NCBI RefSeq assembly: GCF_963921235.1
Contig: NC_086097.1
Location: 110,672,001-110,736,000 of the forward strand
Direction of reading: 5' to 3'
Source: Mobula hypostoma
Lineage: Eukaryota
DNA length: 64,000 nucleotides
The position numbers and the translations under genes were made by a program. The notes under the pieces were generated by a model. The model did no database searches. It saw only the letters and a list, made by a program, of their open reading frames with translations, and was not told where the DNA came from. Of this stretch, positions 35,936 to 47,230 are shown piece by piece. The first letter of the stretch is position 1. The number at the start of each line of letters is the position of its first letter.

Positions 35936-37516
35936 TTTGTGGGAGAAGCCAGAGAGTGGTAGTAGATGGTGGTGTGCCGTAGGGATCAGTTATCAGAGTC
36001 TACAGTAAGGATATTGAAAATGAGAGGGCATAGGTTTTAAGTTAAAAAGGAAGGACTTTTAAAGGAGATTTGTGTTTTTTTTTTAAACAGAAAGCGGCTG
36101 AAATAGCGAGTCAGAGTACCACAGCACATAACAGACCTTTTGGCCCATCTAGTCTAAGCAAACTATTATTCTGCCCAGTCCCATCAACCTGTATCTGGAC
36201 CACAGCGCTCGATATCCCTCCCATCCACATACTTATCCAAAAATATTGAAACTGAACTCAAATCCAGCACTTCCACTGGCAGTTCGGTCCACACTCCACC
36301 AGAGAAGTGCCCCCTCATGTTCCCCTTAAACATTTCACCTTTCAACCATAACCCATGACATTTGTTTCAAGTCTCACCCAACCTCAGTGGAATAGTGTCA
36401 GTCTTATGCCAGTATTTAGCCTTAGATGGAGTTTACCAGCCACATTGGGCTGCATTCACAAGGAACCCAATTCCAGCGGGGGAAATGCATCCAGCGGTAG
36501 TCGACTCCGTATGGGAGGTGGTCCTCTTGTGGAGAGGTGAGAGGGTAATACCTGGAACTTCCTATCAGAGGTGGTGGTGGAATCAGACCGAACCACTATA
36601 TTCAAGAACATTAATCCAGGGACTTAAATAGGCACAGCATATAAAGGTACAGTCATAGTGCGTACAAATGCAATTTGTGTAGATGAACAAAGACTCAGCA
36701 TCCACACGGCAGGCCATGACAATAGATCCTCAAATGTAAGATGCTGTGACTGACAGGAGGTAAACAGATTTTACTTTCATACTGAAATTATTAAAGTCAC
36801 GGGTTAGATACCATACAGAATGATAAACACAACTGCTTAAGTTTTAAAAAATTAAAAACCGTAGGCAATGCCCATATTCCCATCTCAGATGTTCCCATTA
36901 CGTTGCTCCAATTCCAGACCAGTCACCATCGGACGTGCGTCAGCCCGGTTGCTTGCTCGGCGTTGGCCCCACCCGGCACTGCCCAGTCACTCGCACAGCA
37001 CTGGCCCCGCCCCACCCGGCACGGCCCAGTTGCTCTCTTGACACTGGCCCTGTCACTCACTGGGATAACCTGATCACTCCTTCTGAAATGTCAATTATGC
37101 AAACATGCCAGATGTAAATGGCTTTGACCATCTAATTCCAAATCCAACAAAGTAAAAAGCGAGAAAACAAATAATAATCAGTAAATGAACAACGAGTTTT
37201 GTGCTCTAAAACAGCAACTTCCATATTATCTGTGCAAACCAAAATCCGTCAGTGTAAATGGCACAACCCAACAGATTCACGGTCCAGCAAATTTTCACAA
37301 CACAAAGAAACCAGCCATGTGGTTAACAGTTAGATTGTTTGTCCTTGTGATATTGCTCTACTAGTTGACACGGACCCTGCAAACAAGCTTATAATATTCT
37401 GCGATCTTGCTTGTTGGTCCTTGCTTTTATCTATGCAATAAAATCTTGATTTCAAAAGATCTCCATAAGACAGAACAGAGTTTAATATGAAACAAAATTA
37501 GATAAAATGTACTGAC

Positions 37517-37674
37517 CTTGACAACGACAAAATAATGCTTGCAACTCTCCTTCTTGGAGGTCAGCCCGATCTTCTCCGTGACCTGGCTCACTGGTTCATT
37601 TGCACGGATGTAAACTCGGGTCTGTAGGCCTTTCTCTTTCTTGACGACATCCGCTGTCAGATTGTAAACCAGTT
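37517..37674 (-). CDS. ITGA9: Integrin alpha-9 exon (158 nt, phase 1 to 0), thigh domain: (E)LVYNLTADVVKKEKGLQTRVYIRANEPVSQVTEKIGLTSKKESCKHYFVVVK
   Basis: Acceptor ctccttcgttgcAG with an upstream branch-like CCTTAAT, donor AAG|GTcagt. Open frame matching the recalled ITGA9 ADVAKKEKG..RVY....QVTEK..LT...E.C.HY...VK. Not in the ORF track. Confidence 0.94.
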
Positions 37675-39148
37675 CTGCAACGAAGGAGTGAATTATTAAG
37701 GAGAGTTTGCTACTGCATGTTGGTAGGTCATGTTTTTATGATATGCACTGATGGTTTTTTGAGAGATGGGAATCAATTCAGAATAAAGTGTCCAGCTACA
37801 ACAAATGCACGAAGGCTGGATTCTGGGTAATTAGCTATGGCTGCATGGATCTGTATTTTTACAAGACCATAACACATAGGAGCAGAATTAGGCAATTTGG
37901 CCCATTGAGTCTGCTCTACCATTCCAAAATGGCTGAATTCATTTTCTCTCTCAACCCCAGTCTCCTGCCTTTCCCCGTAACATTTCATGCCCTGACTTAC
38001 CAAGAACCTATCAACCTCCACCTTAAATACACCCAAAGGCTTGGCCTCTGCAACTGACTGTGGCAATGAATTCTACAGATTCACCACCTTCTAGCCAAAG
38101 AAATTCCACCTCAACCCAGCCCTAAATAGTTGTCCCTCAATTCTGAGGCTGTGACCTTTGGTCCTACACTCACCTACTATGGGAAACATCTCTACATATC
38201 CACACTATCAAGGCCTTTTAATATTCGATGTGTTTCAATGCGATCTGCCCACATTCTTCTAAATTCCAGCAAGTACAAGCCCAGAGCCATCAAATGCTCC
38301 TCATATGATAATCCTTTCATTCCCAGAATCATTCTTGTGAACCTCCTCTGAACCCTCTCCAATTTCAGCATTCTTTTGAGGTAAGGGGCCCAAAGCTGCT
38401 CACAATACTCCAAGTGAAGCCTCACCAGTGCCTTATAAAGCCTCAGCATTACCTCACACAAACATGAGGAAATCTACAGATGCTGGAAATTCGAGCAACA
38501 CACACAAAATGCTGGTGGAACGCAGCAGGCCAGACAGCATCTATAGGAAGAAGCACAGTTGACATTTCGGACCGAAACCCTTCGTCAGGACTAACTGAAA
38601 GAAGAGATAGTAAGGGATTTGAAAGTGGGAGGGGGAGGGGGAAATCCGAAATGATAGGAGAAGACAGGAGGGGAAGGGATAAAGCTAAGAGCTGGAAAAT
38701 TGATTGGCAAAAGGGATACAGAGCTGGAGAACGAAAAGGATCATGGGACGGGAGGCCTAGGGAGAAAGAAAGGGGGAGGGAAGCCCAGCGGAAGATAGAG
38801 TTATTATGAGAGGGAGAGAGAGAAAAAAAGAGAGGAAAAAATAATAAATAAATAAATAAGGGATGGGGTAAGAAGGGGAGGAGAGGCATTAACGGAAGTT
38901 AGAGAAATCAATGTTCATGCCATCAGATTGGAGGCTACCCAGATGAAATATAAGGTGTTGTTCCTCCAACCTGAGTGTGGCCTCATCTTGACAGTAGAGG
39001 CGGCCATGGATAGACATATCAGAATGGGAATGGGATGTGGAATTAAAATGTGTGGCCGCTGGGAGATCCTGCTTTCTCTGGCTGACAGAGCGTAGGTGTT
39101 CAGCGAAACGGTCTCCCAGACTGCGTCGAGTCTCACCAATATATAGAA

Positions 39149-39575
39149 CAGGGGTCCCCAACCTTTTCTGCGCTGCGGACCGGTTTAATATTGACAATAT
39201 CCTTGCGGACCAGCCGAACCGGGGGTGGGTGGGAGAGGAGGGTTGCCAACGGACAAGAGTAGGAGTCAAATACATTGTGTTTACCCAGAGAAGACTACAA
39301 TGACCGTGCGCGGGCACCAGTGCGCATGCGCGTCGTGACCTGCCGATTTTTTTTCCCCTCTGCAAATCCTTTTTGGCAATTCTGTTCGGTTGGTGGGGGG
39401 GGGTGTGAATCACGACCAGAATGTCGGTGATAAGTGGCTAATACACTCAATTTCATTTCTAAAAGGGTTTATCTAACGAATTTAATATTAAACACACAGC
39501 GCATATTTTCCTCGCATGAATATAGTGATAAGTCAATTATCAGGGGAGCTTGAAGTAGAACTGGTAGAGGCAGGT
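39149..39575 (-). mobile_element. Partial hAT (Charlie/Buster-type) copy, one end only
   Basis: TIR CAGGGGTCCCCAACC at 39149; inverted copy of about 40365-40837. Confidence 0.85.
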
Positions 39576-39610
39576 AGAAGGCCGCACCTGGAGCACCGGA
39601 CGCAGTACAT

Positions 39611-40837
39611 CAGCGGTCCCCAACCATCGGGCCGCGGACCGGTGCCAGGCCGCAAAGCATGCGCTACCAGGCCGCGAGGAAGTGATATGATTTGGCGATA
39701 TGAGTCAGCTGCACCTTTCCTCATTCCCTGTCACGCCCACTGTTGAGCCATTACGCACGCGAGGTCATTACCCGCGCGTCATCCATGTCAGAGCGGGAAG
39801 GAGATCAACTTCTCGAACTTGCAAATGACGGCGGGATGAAAAGTATGTTTGACATAACATCTCTGCCGGTATTCTGGATCAAAGTCAAGGCGAAATATCC
39901 TGAGATAGCCTCGAAAGCACTGAAAACGTTGCTTCCATTTCCAGCATATCTCTGCAATGAATGCAACGAAAACTAAATTGCGGAACAGACTGGACATAAG
40001 GAATCCCCTTCGAGTATCGCTGTCTCCCTTCACCCCACGATAGGACCGTCTTGTTGCAGGGAAACAAGCCCAGGGCTCCCACTGATTCAGCGATATTGGT
40101 GCGTTGCAATGATTTTATATGTTCAAACGGGGAAAATATGTGCTGTGTGTTTAATATCCAAACGTTACTTAAAATGTTATGATACTATTGACTTACTTAT
40201 ATAACCATATAACAATTACAGCACGGAAACAGGCCATCTCTGCCCTTCTAGTCCGTGCCGAACGCTACTCTCACCTAGTCCCGCCGACCTGCACTCAGCC
40301 CATAACCCTCCATTCCTTTCCTGTCCATATACCTATCCAATTTTTCTTTAAATGATAATGTCGAACCTGTCTCTACCACTTCTACTGGAAGTTCGTTCAA
40401 CACTTACTTCAAGCTCTCCTGATAATTGACTTATCACTATATTCATGCAAGGAAAATATGCGCTGTGTGTTTAATATTAAATTCCGTTAGATAAACCCTT
40501 TTAGAAACAAAATTGAGTGTATTAGCCACTTATCAACTATATTCTGGTCGTGATTAACACCCTCCCCCCCCACCCCCGAACAGAATCGCCAAAAAGGATT
40601 TGCAGAGGGGAAAAAAAAATCTCGGCAGGTCACGACGCGCATGCCCACTGGTGCCCGCGCAAGGCTTCATGGTCATTGTAGTCTTCTCAGGGTAAACACA
40701 ACGTATTTGACTGCTACTCTTGTCCGTTGGCAACCCTCTCCTCCTACCCCGCCCCCCCCCCCCCCGGGTCGGGTGGTCTGCAAGAATATTGCCAATATTA
40801 AACCGGTCCACAGTGCAGAAAAGGTTGGGGACCCCTG
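39611..40837 (+). mobile_element. Non-autonomous hAT (Charlie/Buster-type) element with 8-bp TSD CAGTACAT
   Basis: TIRs CAGCGGTCCCCAACC / GGTTGGGGACCCCTG; TSD at 39603-39610 and 40838-40845; transposase dimerisation-domain relic FWIKVKAKYPEIASKALKTLLPF...TKLRNRLD...QAQGSH. Confidence 0.93.
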
Positions 40838-41155
40838 CAGTACATCACACTAGCTGACTCACAGATGAAGTGTCGCCTCACCTGGAAGGACTGTCTGGGG
40901 CCCTGAATGGTGGTGAGGGAGGAAGTGTAAGGGCATGTGTAGCACTTGTTCCGCTGCATCCTTGCTTTTGTGTTCTAGCCCTTTCAAAATGAATTCTAAC
41001 ATGGCATTTGCCTTCCTCACCACCAACTCAACCTGCATGATAACCTTCAGGGAATCCTGTACAAAGACTCCCAAAAGTCCCTTTGACCCTCAGATTTTTG
41101 AAATTTCCCCCCATTTAGAAAATAGTCTATTCTTTTATTCCTTCTACCAAAGTTC

Positions 41156-41812
41156 TCCAGAAAGACAAACATCCCCCAATGTGTGATCAAGATCGGAAAT
41201 ACAAACATCAAACAAGTCAACAAATTCAGATATCTTGGCAGCCTAATAACAAGTAACGGCAGGTGTGACACAGATATCAAATACAGAATAGCAAAGGCGA
41301 AAGAAGCTTTCCAAAACATGAAGACCATATTAACAGACAGAAAGATGAGCACATACACTAAAAACAGAATACTGCAGTGCTACATTTATTCTATCCTGAC
41401 TTCTGGAAGTCAATGCTGGACCATTTCTCCAGCAATGGAAAAGGGACTAGAAGCAGTTGAATTATGGTTCTACAGGAGAATGTTAAAAATATCATGGACC
41501 ACACACGTATCAAATGAAGAAGTTCTCAGACGAGCCCAAGCAGTTCGATCACTCATACCAACAATAAAAGAAAGACAACTCAGATTCCTAGGACACATCA
41601 TGCGGAAAGATGAGCTAGAAAAACTCATGCTCTCTGGAAAGATCGAGGGAAGCAAACCGAGAGGAAGACCTCAGCTAATGTACATCAAAAGCATAGCCAG
41701 GAGGCTACACATCGAGGAAATGGAAGTCATCCAAAAAACGAAGGATAGACCTACATGGAAAACCATGGTCACCAAAGTCCGCATCGGATATAGTACCTAG
41801 ACAGACAGACAG
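41156..41812 (+). mobile_element. RTE-clade LINE 3' end with (ACAG)n tail and 10-bp TSD ACCAAAGTTC
   Basis: Open ORF 41183..41800 (FRYLGS, RRMLKISW, FLGHIMR, GKIEGSKPRGRP); TSD at 41146-41155 and 41813-41822. Confidence 0.92.
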
Positions 41813-42446
41813 ACCAAAGTTCATTTCCATACACTTCCTGACACTAGTCCATCTGCCACTTCTTTGCTCATTCTCCTAATCTGTCTGCAGACTCCCTGCT
41901 TCCTCAACACTACCTGCCTTTCCACCTAACTTCGTACCATCCACAAACTTGACCACATGGCATCAATTTCATCATCCAAATCACTGACGTACAAAATAAA
42001 AAGAAGTGATCCCAAGACCAACCCCTGCAGAACACCACTAGTCACTGGCGGCCAATCAGAAAAGGCTCCCTTTACAAGGATGTGCAGTGATGAAACTGCT
42101 ACTAGGTTCAATTCCAACTTCAAGTGCTGTCTGTGTGGAGTTCTCCTGTGACCCTCTGCGTTTCAGTTTTTTTTCCCCATATCCTGAAGATATTAATAAG
42201 TTAACTGATCACTTTATATTGCCTTCAGTGGACATGTACTGAAATTTGGTGGGAGTTGTGGGAAAGTGGAAAATATAAAATGGGTTAGGTTAGGATTAGT
42301 GCAAGTAGGTAATTGATGGTCAAGGTGGCCTCAGTGGCTGTCACCCTGTTTGTGGGTGCACTCTCTGAATTAAATCACAGAAGCTTGCATTAGATCCAAG
42401 ATCAAAAGAGAAACACATTAAGGCTAAGTTTGTGCCCGTGCGGTTT

Positions 42447-42950
42447 TGTGGAAGAAAAATACTAAGACCTTGTGACAGATGTTAAGGGGTTAATGATTTT
42501 TAAGAGTGTGAATTCAAAAGCTATAATCACTTATCTGACTAATGTACACTGTGTGACTAAAATGTGCACTGTATTTAGGATGTAGAAATAACTATATCTG
42601 TGCTTCTTCATTCTAAGAATTATCATATGTCTGTGGTTGAGCAAGCCTGATATAGTTTCCTATGAAAAGATACTCAGGTAAATGTACAACCTCTCAAGGA
42701 AATATTGTGCAGCTTCGCTATTCTGTAGCATTGTAGTTTAGGTTCCTCCTTACAGCTTTGAGTGTTTCTTGTCACGTACGCTTGGGGTATAAATAAGAGT
42801 GTACTCTATTGTTAAGCAGAGTTCCAAGATCCCACTTTTAGGTGCTTGGGCTCTCCATGATATCATGTAAATAAAATCCTCTGGTTTGAAACAACTCTCT
42901 GAGTCAGCCTGATCTATTCCATCTGCTGCTCCTGAGATTTAGCCGCAACA
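42447..42950 (+). mobile_element. Solo LTR (504 bp, ERV/Gypsy-like) with 4-bp TSD GTTT
   Basis: TG...CAACA termini; TATAAATA at 42788; AATAAA at 42870; GTTT at 42443-42446 and 42951-42954. Confidence 0.75.
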
Positions 42951-43175
42951 GTTTTCCTTCACAAACTCCCAGAGCTGAGAGTAAAGACACTTCGTGGAGG
43001 TCGTAATCTCATATTTGTGCAGTGTCAACATGTTAAGACCAATGAGAAACAGAAGGTGTGGTCCTTTCGCTAAGTTCTAGACTGTGTAGGGTTGTGTGAA
43101 GCACAGCCAGTTTGCAGCATTAGCTATTCTCAGAACTGTTATGTTCAATAGGTTAAAGGGCACAGGCCATTACAG

Positions 43176-43256
43176 CGGGGGCTCCCAACCTGGGCTCCAC
43201 GGACCTCTCAGTTAATAGTAGAGGTCCATGGCATGAAAAATGGTTGGGAGCCCCTG
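43176..43256. mobile_element. About 80-bp hAT MITE (same family as 29667-29746)
   Basis: GGGGCTCCCAACC / GGTTGGGAGCCCCTG TIRs and a shared internal GGTCCATGGCAT. Confidence 0.7.
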
Positions 43257-43699
43257 TTTCAGAGCTATCAACGATCCAATGCTAATTAGCTGCTTCCTTT
43301 TTGCGACGTCAATGGACCAGATCCTTCTACTGGCTGTCAGCTATCCATGCTCACTGCCGGCCACTACGAGAAGCACAAAGTAAGCGCCTTTTACAAAACT
43401 GGTGTCAAGAGGTGTTCTGACCCTAATCAGTGAGGGCAGGAGCGGCAGTAGAATGTGATGCTGCCACATGGGTGGGCCAGAACATGCCCTGCCCACGAGA
43501 AAAGAATTAATAAATGCAAGCCGTACAAATGACTCAGACAACTGTGAAATTTGTCTAGGCTCAGCATTCTTCTCAATGTTCATCTTCAAAATCAATTAAA
43601 ACACAAAGAATTCTATATGGACTATAAGCAAAGTAATCTTCAGAAAGACCTTTGAAATGGAAAGAATGATCAAGTGTGATCTGGGGAGAGTAACTGGAT

Positions 43700-45870
43700 T
43701 TATGGTGAACTAAAGAGAGGGTAATGGTGGCGGGTTGGTTTTCAGACCAGAGACCCCTGACTAGCAGTGTTCCCTGAGGGTTCAGCACTAAGCTGATTGC
43801 TATTTGTCATCTATATAATTTGTTTAGATGAGAATGTACCAGGGATAGTTAGTAAGTTTGAAAATGACACTAAAACAGGTGGTATCATTGACAGTGAAAA
43901 CAGATATCAGGATTTACAGAGGGAACTTCATCAGCTGGCTGAGGAATGGCAAATGAACTTTAATTCAGCTAAGTGCGGGAAACAAATCAGGGTAGGACAT
44001 TCACAGTGAACATAGAGCCCTGGGTAGTACAGTAGAGCACAGGAACCTAGGAATACAAGTACAAATTTTATTATCCAAATACATACTGTAGATGTCATCA
44101 TATACAAACCTGAGACTCATTTTCCTACGGGCATACTCAACAAATCTATAAAATAATAACTACAACAGAAGCAATGAAAAACCACCCAACTAGGATGTTC
44201 AGTCAGAGTGCGGAAAACAACAAACTGCAAATGCAAAAAAGAAACAATAAATAAATACATACATAAATAAATAAGCAAGCTTAAAATATCAAGAACATGA
44301 GTTGAAGAATCCTTGAAAGTGAATCCATTGGTTGTGGGAACATCTCAATGACAGGGCAAGTGAAATTGAGTATAGTTATCCCCTTTGGTTCAAGAGTTTG
44401 ATGGTTGAAGGGTAGTAACTGTTCCTGAACATGGTGTTGTATGTCCTGAGGCTCCTGTAGCTTCTTCCTGATAGCAGCAGTGAGAAGAGAGAGAATGTGG
44501 CATCGCAGGCAGAAAGGGTAGTGAAGAATGCTTTCGGTATGCTGGCCTTCATCTGTCACAGTATAAAATTGGGATGCTATTATTCAAGTTATATAAAAAG
44601 TTGGTGATGGTGCATTTGGAATACTGCGTTTAATTTTTTGTCACCCTATTAAAGGAAAAACATAATTAAGCTGCAAAGATGCTGAGGAAATATATGAGGA
44701 TGTTGCTGGGACTGAGGAACTGAGCTATAGAGAGAGCTTGAAGAGGGTGGGACTATCTTCATGGAACCATTGAAGAATGTGGATTGACCTTTTAGAAGTG
44801 CTTAAAATTATGAGGAGCATAGATATGATAAATGTGCATAGTTCTTTTCTCTTGGGACTGGAGAATTAAAGACTAGAGGGCATAGGTTTAAGGTGGGAGG
44901 GAAGAGATTTTAAAAGAACCCAAGGGGCAACTTTTTCTCAAGCAATCAATATATGGAATAAGTTAAGTGGTTGAGGCAAGCACACTAACAGCATTAAGAG
45001 GTATTTCCACAGGTGATTGGTTGTCCATCATCTCTGACAATGACAGTTAGATTTGTGCAGTTTTGCTGTGTATTTGTAGGTGGCTGCAGAGTCCAAATTG
45101 CAAGTGATGTAGACATCCACAATAAAGACATGAAAACTGTGCTGAATCTGGGAGTGGAGCTGCTGCTATTGCTTTCCTTCCTTGTCGGGCAGCGATTGGT
45201 ACTGCTCAGCGTCTCACCTGCAGGTTGTTGTGAGCAGTTCTAACCAAGGCTCACCACCCACTCCAGTCTTGTGCACTCTGTTCCAGTTGTTTTGGGACAA
45301 GTCCAGTGTGTGCACAGTTGGCTTTCACACAGTCCTTGAACCTCTTACCGCACCTGTCTCGATTCCTCTTGCCCAGTGAAAGCCCACCATATATTAGCTG
45401 CTTAGGGATTCGGGAATCTTTCATGCGTATGACATGCCCTGTCCACTGAAGCTGTGCTTTTGCAATCATGGCCTCAACACTCGTGGACCTCTAGGTTTGC
45501 GACTTGGTCCTACCAATTGACGGCAAGAATCAACCTCAGAATGCACTTATGGAATCTCTCCAGCATTTCGAGGTGTCTTCTGTATACGTCCGGGTCTCAC
45601 ATCCGCACCGGAAACCGCCAAGGAAAACAGCTTCATACATCCCTAGTTTTGGACAGTCGGATATTGTGCCGGCTCAACACACAAGATTGCAGTTGACCCA
45701 GGCTCTGACTGGCCTTGCAAAGTCTGGTGCTTCTACGGGTACACGAAGAGAAAAGGGTTTGGGGGATATGAGCCAAATGCAGGCAAAGGGGACTAACAGA
45801 AATAAGAACCTTTGTCGGTATGGGTCAATCAGGCCAAAGGGCCCATTTCCATGCTGAATGACTCCATGCC
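43700..45870 (+). mobile_element. Degraded CR1 interrupted by a Rex-type 3' fragment (about 44060-44500, minus) and an RTE fragment
   Basis: ORF 43797..44009 (VSKFENDTKTGG); collinear 3' pieces at 44500-45010 and 45740-45870. Confidence 0.7.
45010..45740 (-). mobile_element. RTE-clade LINE 3' fragment (family distinct from 41156-41812)
   Basis: ORF 45251..45469 AQLQWTGHVIRMKDSRIPKQLIYG.L..GKR.R...KRFKD. Confidence 0.8.
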
Positions 45871-46384
45871 TCTCATTAAAAAGTCTTATAAACCACTCTT
45901 AAAAAAAATACCAAGATCAGCAAATTGAAAAGAATGCAAGGTGCAACCATTTCCAGCAGTACCCGACAGCCATTTCTCTGCTTTGACACTTACTGACACT
46001 GTGTCAGGTTCTGCCGGCAAGCCCCTTCGGCAATGATGGGCGCTGAGGCAACCCAATGTCAAAGTGCAATAAAAGAATCACTGGTGAAGAGCAGCCAGCA
46101 AGCTCAGGACCTCTGTGTTAGTGCAGAACTGGGAGGATTTCATACAGGATTCTGGCTTTTTGTCATTTCCTCCAGGTGATAGGTTTCAGACTAAAGTAAT
46201 GGTTTCTCACAATGGAGAAGGGCACAGCAACAAGGTCACAACGAATCACTTTTTTGTTATAATTGGAATTTGTTCAATTCAAGGGGCTGTGTTTTGTTTT
46301 GCTTCCAGCCATCCTTATGCTTCTCAGCGTTATCCTATACCATGTTTTTGATAAGGCAAAGGCACATTCAGATACAACAGAATA

Positions 46385-47230
46385 ACCAGTTCAGAATCAG
46401 AATCACCAGCATATGTTGTGAAATTTGTTGTCTTTGCAGCAGCAGTACAATTCAAATACATAAAGTGGAAAATCATGAATTACTATATATATAAATATAA
46501 AATGGTTAAATTAAATAAGTAGTGCAAAAAAAAAAGAAATAATACAGTAGTGAGGTAGTATTCATGGGTTCATTGTCCATTTAGAAATCAGATGACAGGG
46601 GGAAGAGGCTGTTCCTGAATTGTTGAGCCCTCCAGGCTCCTGCACTTCCTACCTAGTATCAAAGAGAACAAGGGATGTCCTGGGTGATTGTGGTAAACCT
46701 TGTATATAGGTTGCAACTGGGTTACCTGTCTGGACATGCCCCTCTGCTGACTGCTCCTGTGGCTCCTCCCACAGACCCCTGAATAAAGGCGATTGTGTCA
46801 CTGCTCCTCCCTCAGTCCAGGACAGACATACAGCATGGACGTGGATCCATTTTACTATTAATAAAAGTCTTTCAGTATTTACTCTACTTCCAGTCTTTTG
46901 GAGTAATCGATAGTGCATCAGTGATGGGGATCCCTAATGATGGATGCTGGCATTTTGAGACATCGCGACTTGAAGATGTCCTGGACACTGTGGAGGATAG
47001 CGCCCATGATGGAGCTGACTGAGTTCACAACTCTCTGCAGCTTACTTTGATCCTGTGCAGTAGCCCCCCCCCCACCATACCAGATGGTGATGCAGCCAGC
47101 TAGAATGCTCTCCACAGTACATTCGTAGAACTTTGTGAGTATCTTTTGTGACATAACAAATCACTTCAAACCCCTAATGAAATATAGCCACCATGGGGCC
47201 TTCATTTAGCTGTATGGATATGCTGGGCCC
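46385..47230 (-). mobile_element. Rex1/Babar-type LINE 3' part interrupted by a solo LTR
   Basis: ORF 46918..47154 (FYECTVESILAGCITIWYG); (TTCTGA)-type tail. Confidence 0.8.
46689..46920 (+). mobile_element. Short solo LTR (232 bp) with 5-bp TSD GTGAT
   Basis: TGTGG...GCATCA termini; GTGAT at 46684-46688 and 46921-46925; internal AATAAA. Confidence 0.8.

Larger units (their letters stand above)
1..37516 (-). other. ITGA9: Large ITGA9 intron (more than 37.5 kb, runs off the window end)
   Basis: No sequence encoding the expected next exon (..DVISPIVFE...PVLRWKKG..) was found by eye in the non-repeat stretches downstream of the donor at 37516. Confidence 0.7.
38455..40955 (-). mobile_element. 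Penelope-like element (GIY-YIG endonuclease C-terminus plus terminal repeat) split by two hAT insertions
   Basis: YIGETRRSLGDRFAEHLRS..HFNS..LEEQHLIFHLGSLQSDGMNIDF. The upstream MYCVRCSRCGLL survives at 39576-39610 and continues at 40846-40955. Confidence 0.9.
37865..42075 (-). mobile_element. CR1 LINE host copy split by Penelope, hAT and RTE insertions
   Basis: Collinear CR1 pieces at 37865-38450 (ORF 38192..38461), about 40955-41155 and 41813-42075 (VTSGVLQGLVLG). Confidence 0.85.

Noticed and set aside
38889..39413. Novel 174-aa GIY-YIG protein
   Set aside because: Chimeric frame reading from hAT terminal DNA into the Penelope endonuclease relic.
39743..40085. Domesticated ZBED5/FAM200/SCAND3-like gene
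   Set aside because: A short frameshifted transposase fragment inside TIRs and an 8-bp TSD.
43412..43484. pre-miRNA-like hairpin (TGTTCTGACCC / GGGCCAGAACA)
   Set aside because: Large asymmetric internal loop and no recognisable mature miRNA.
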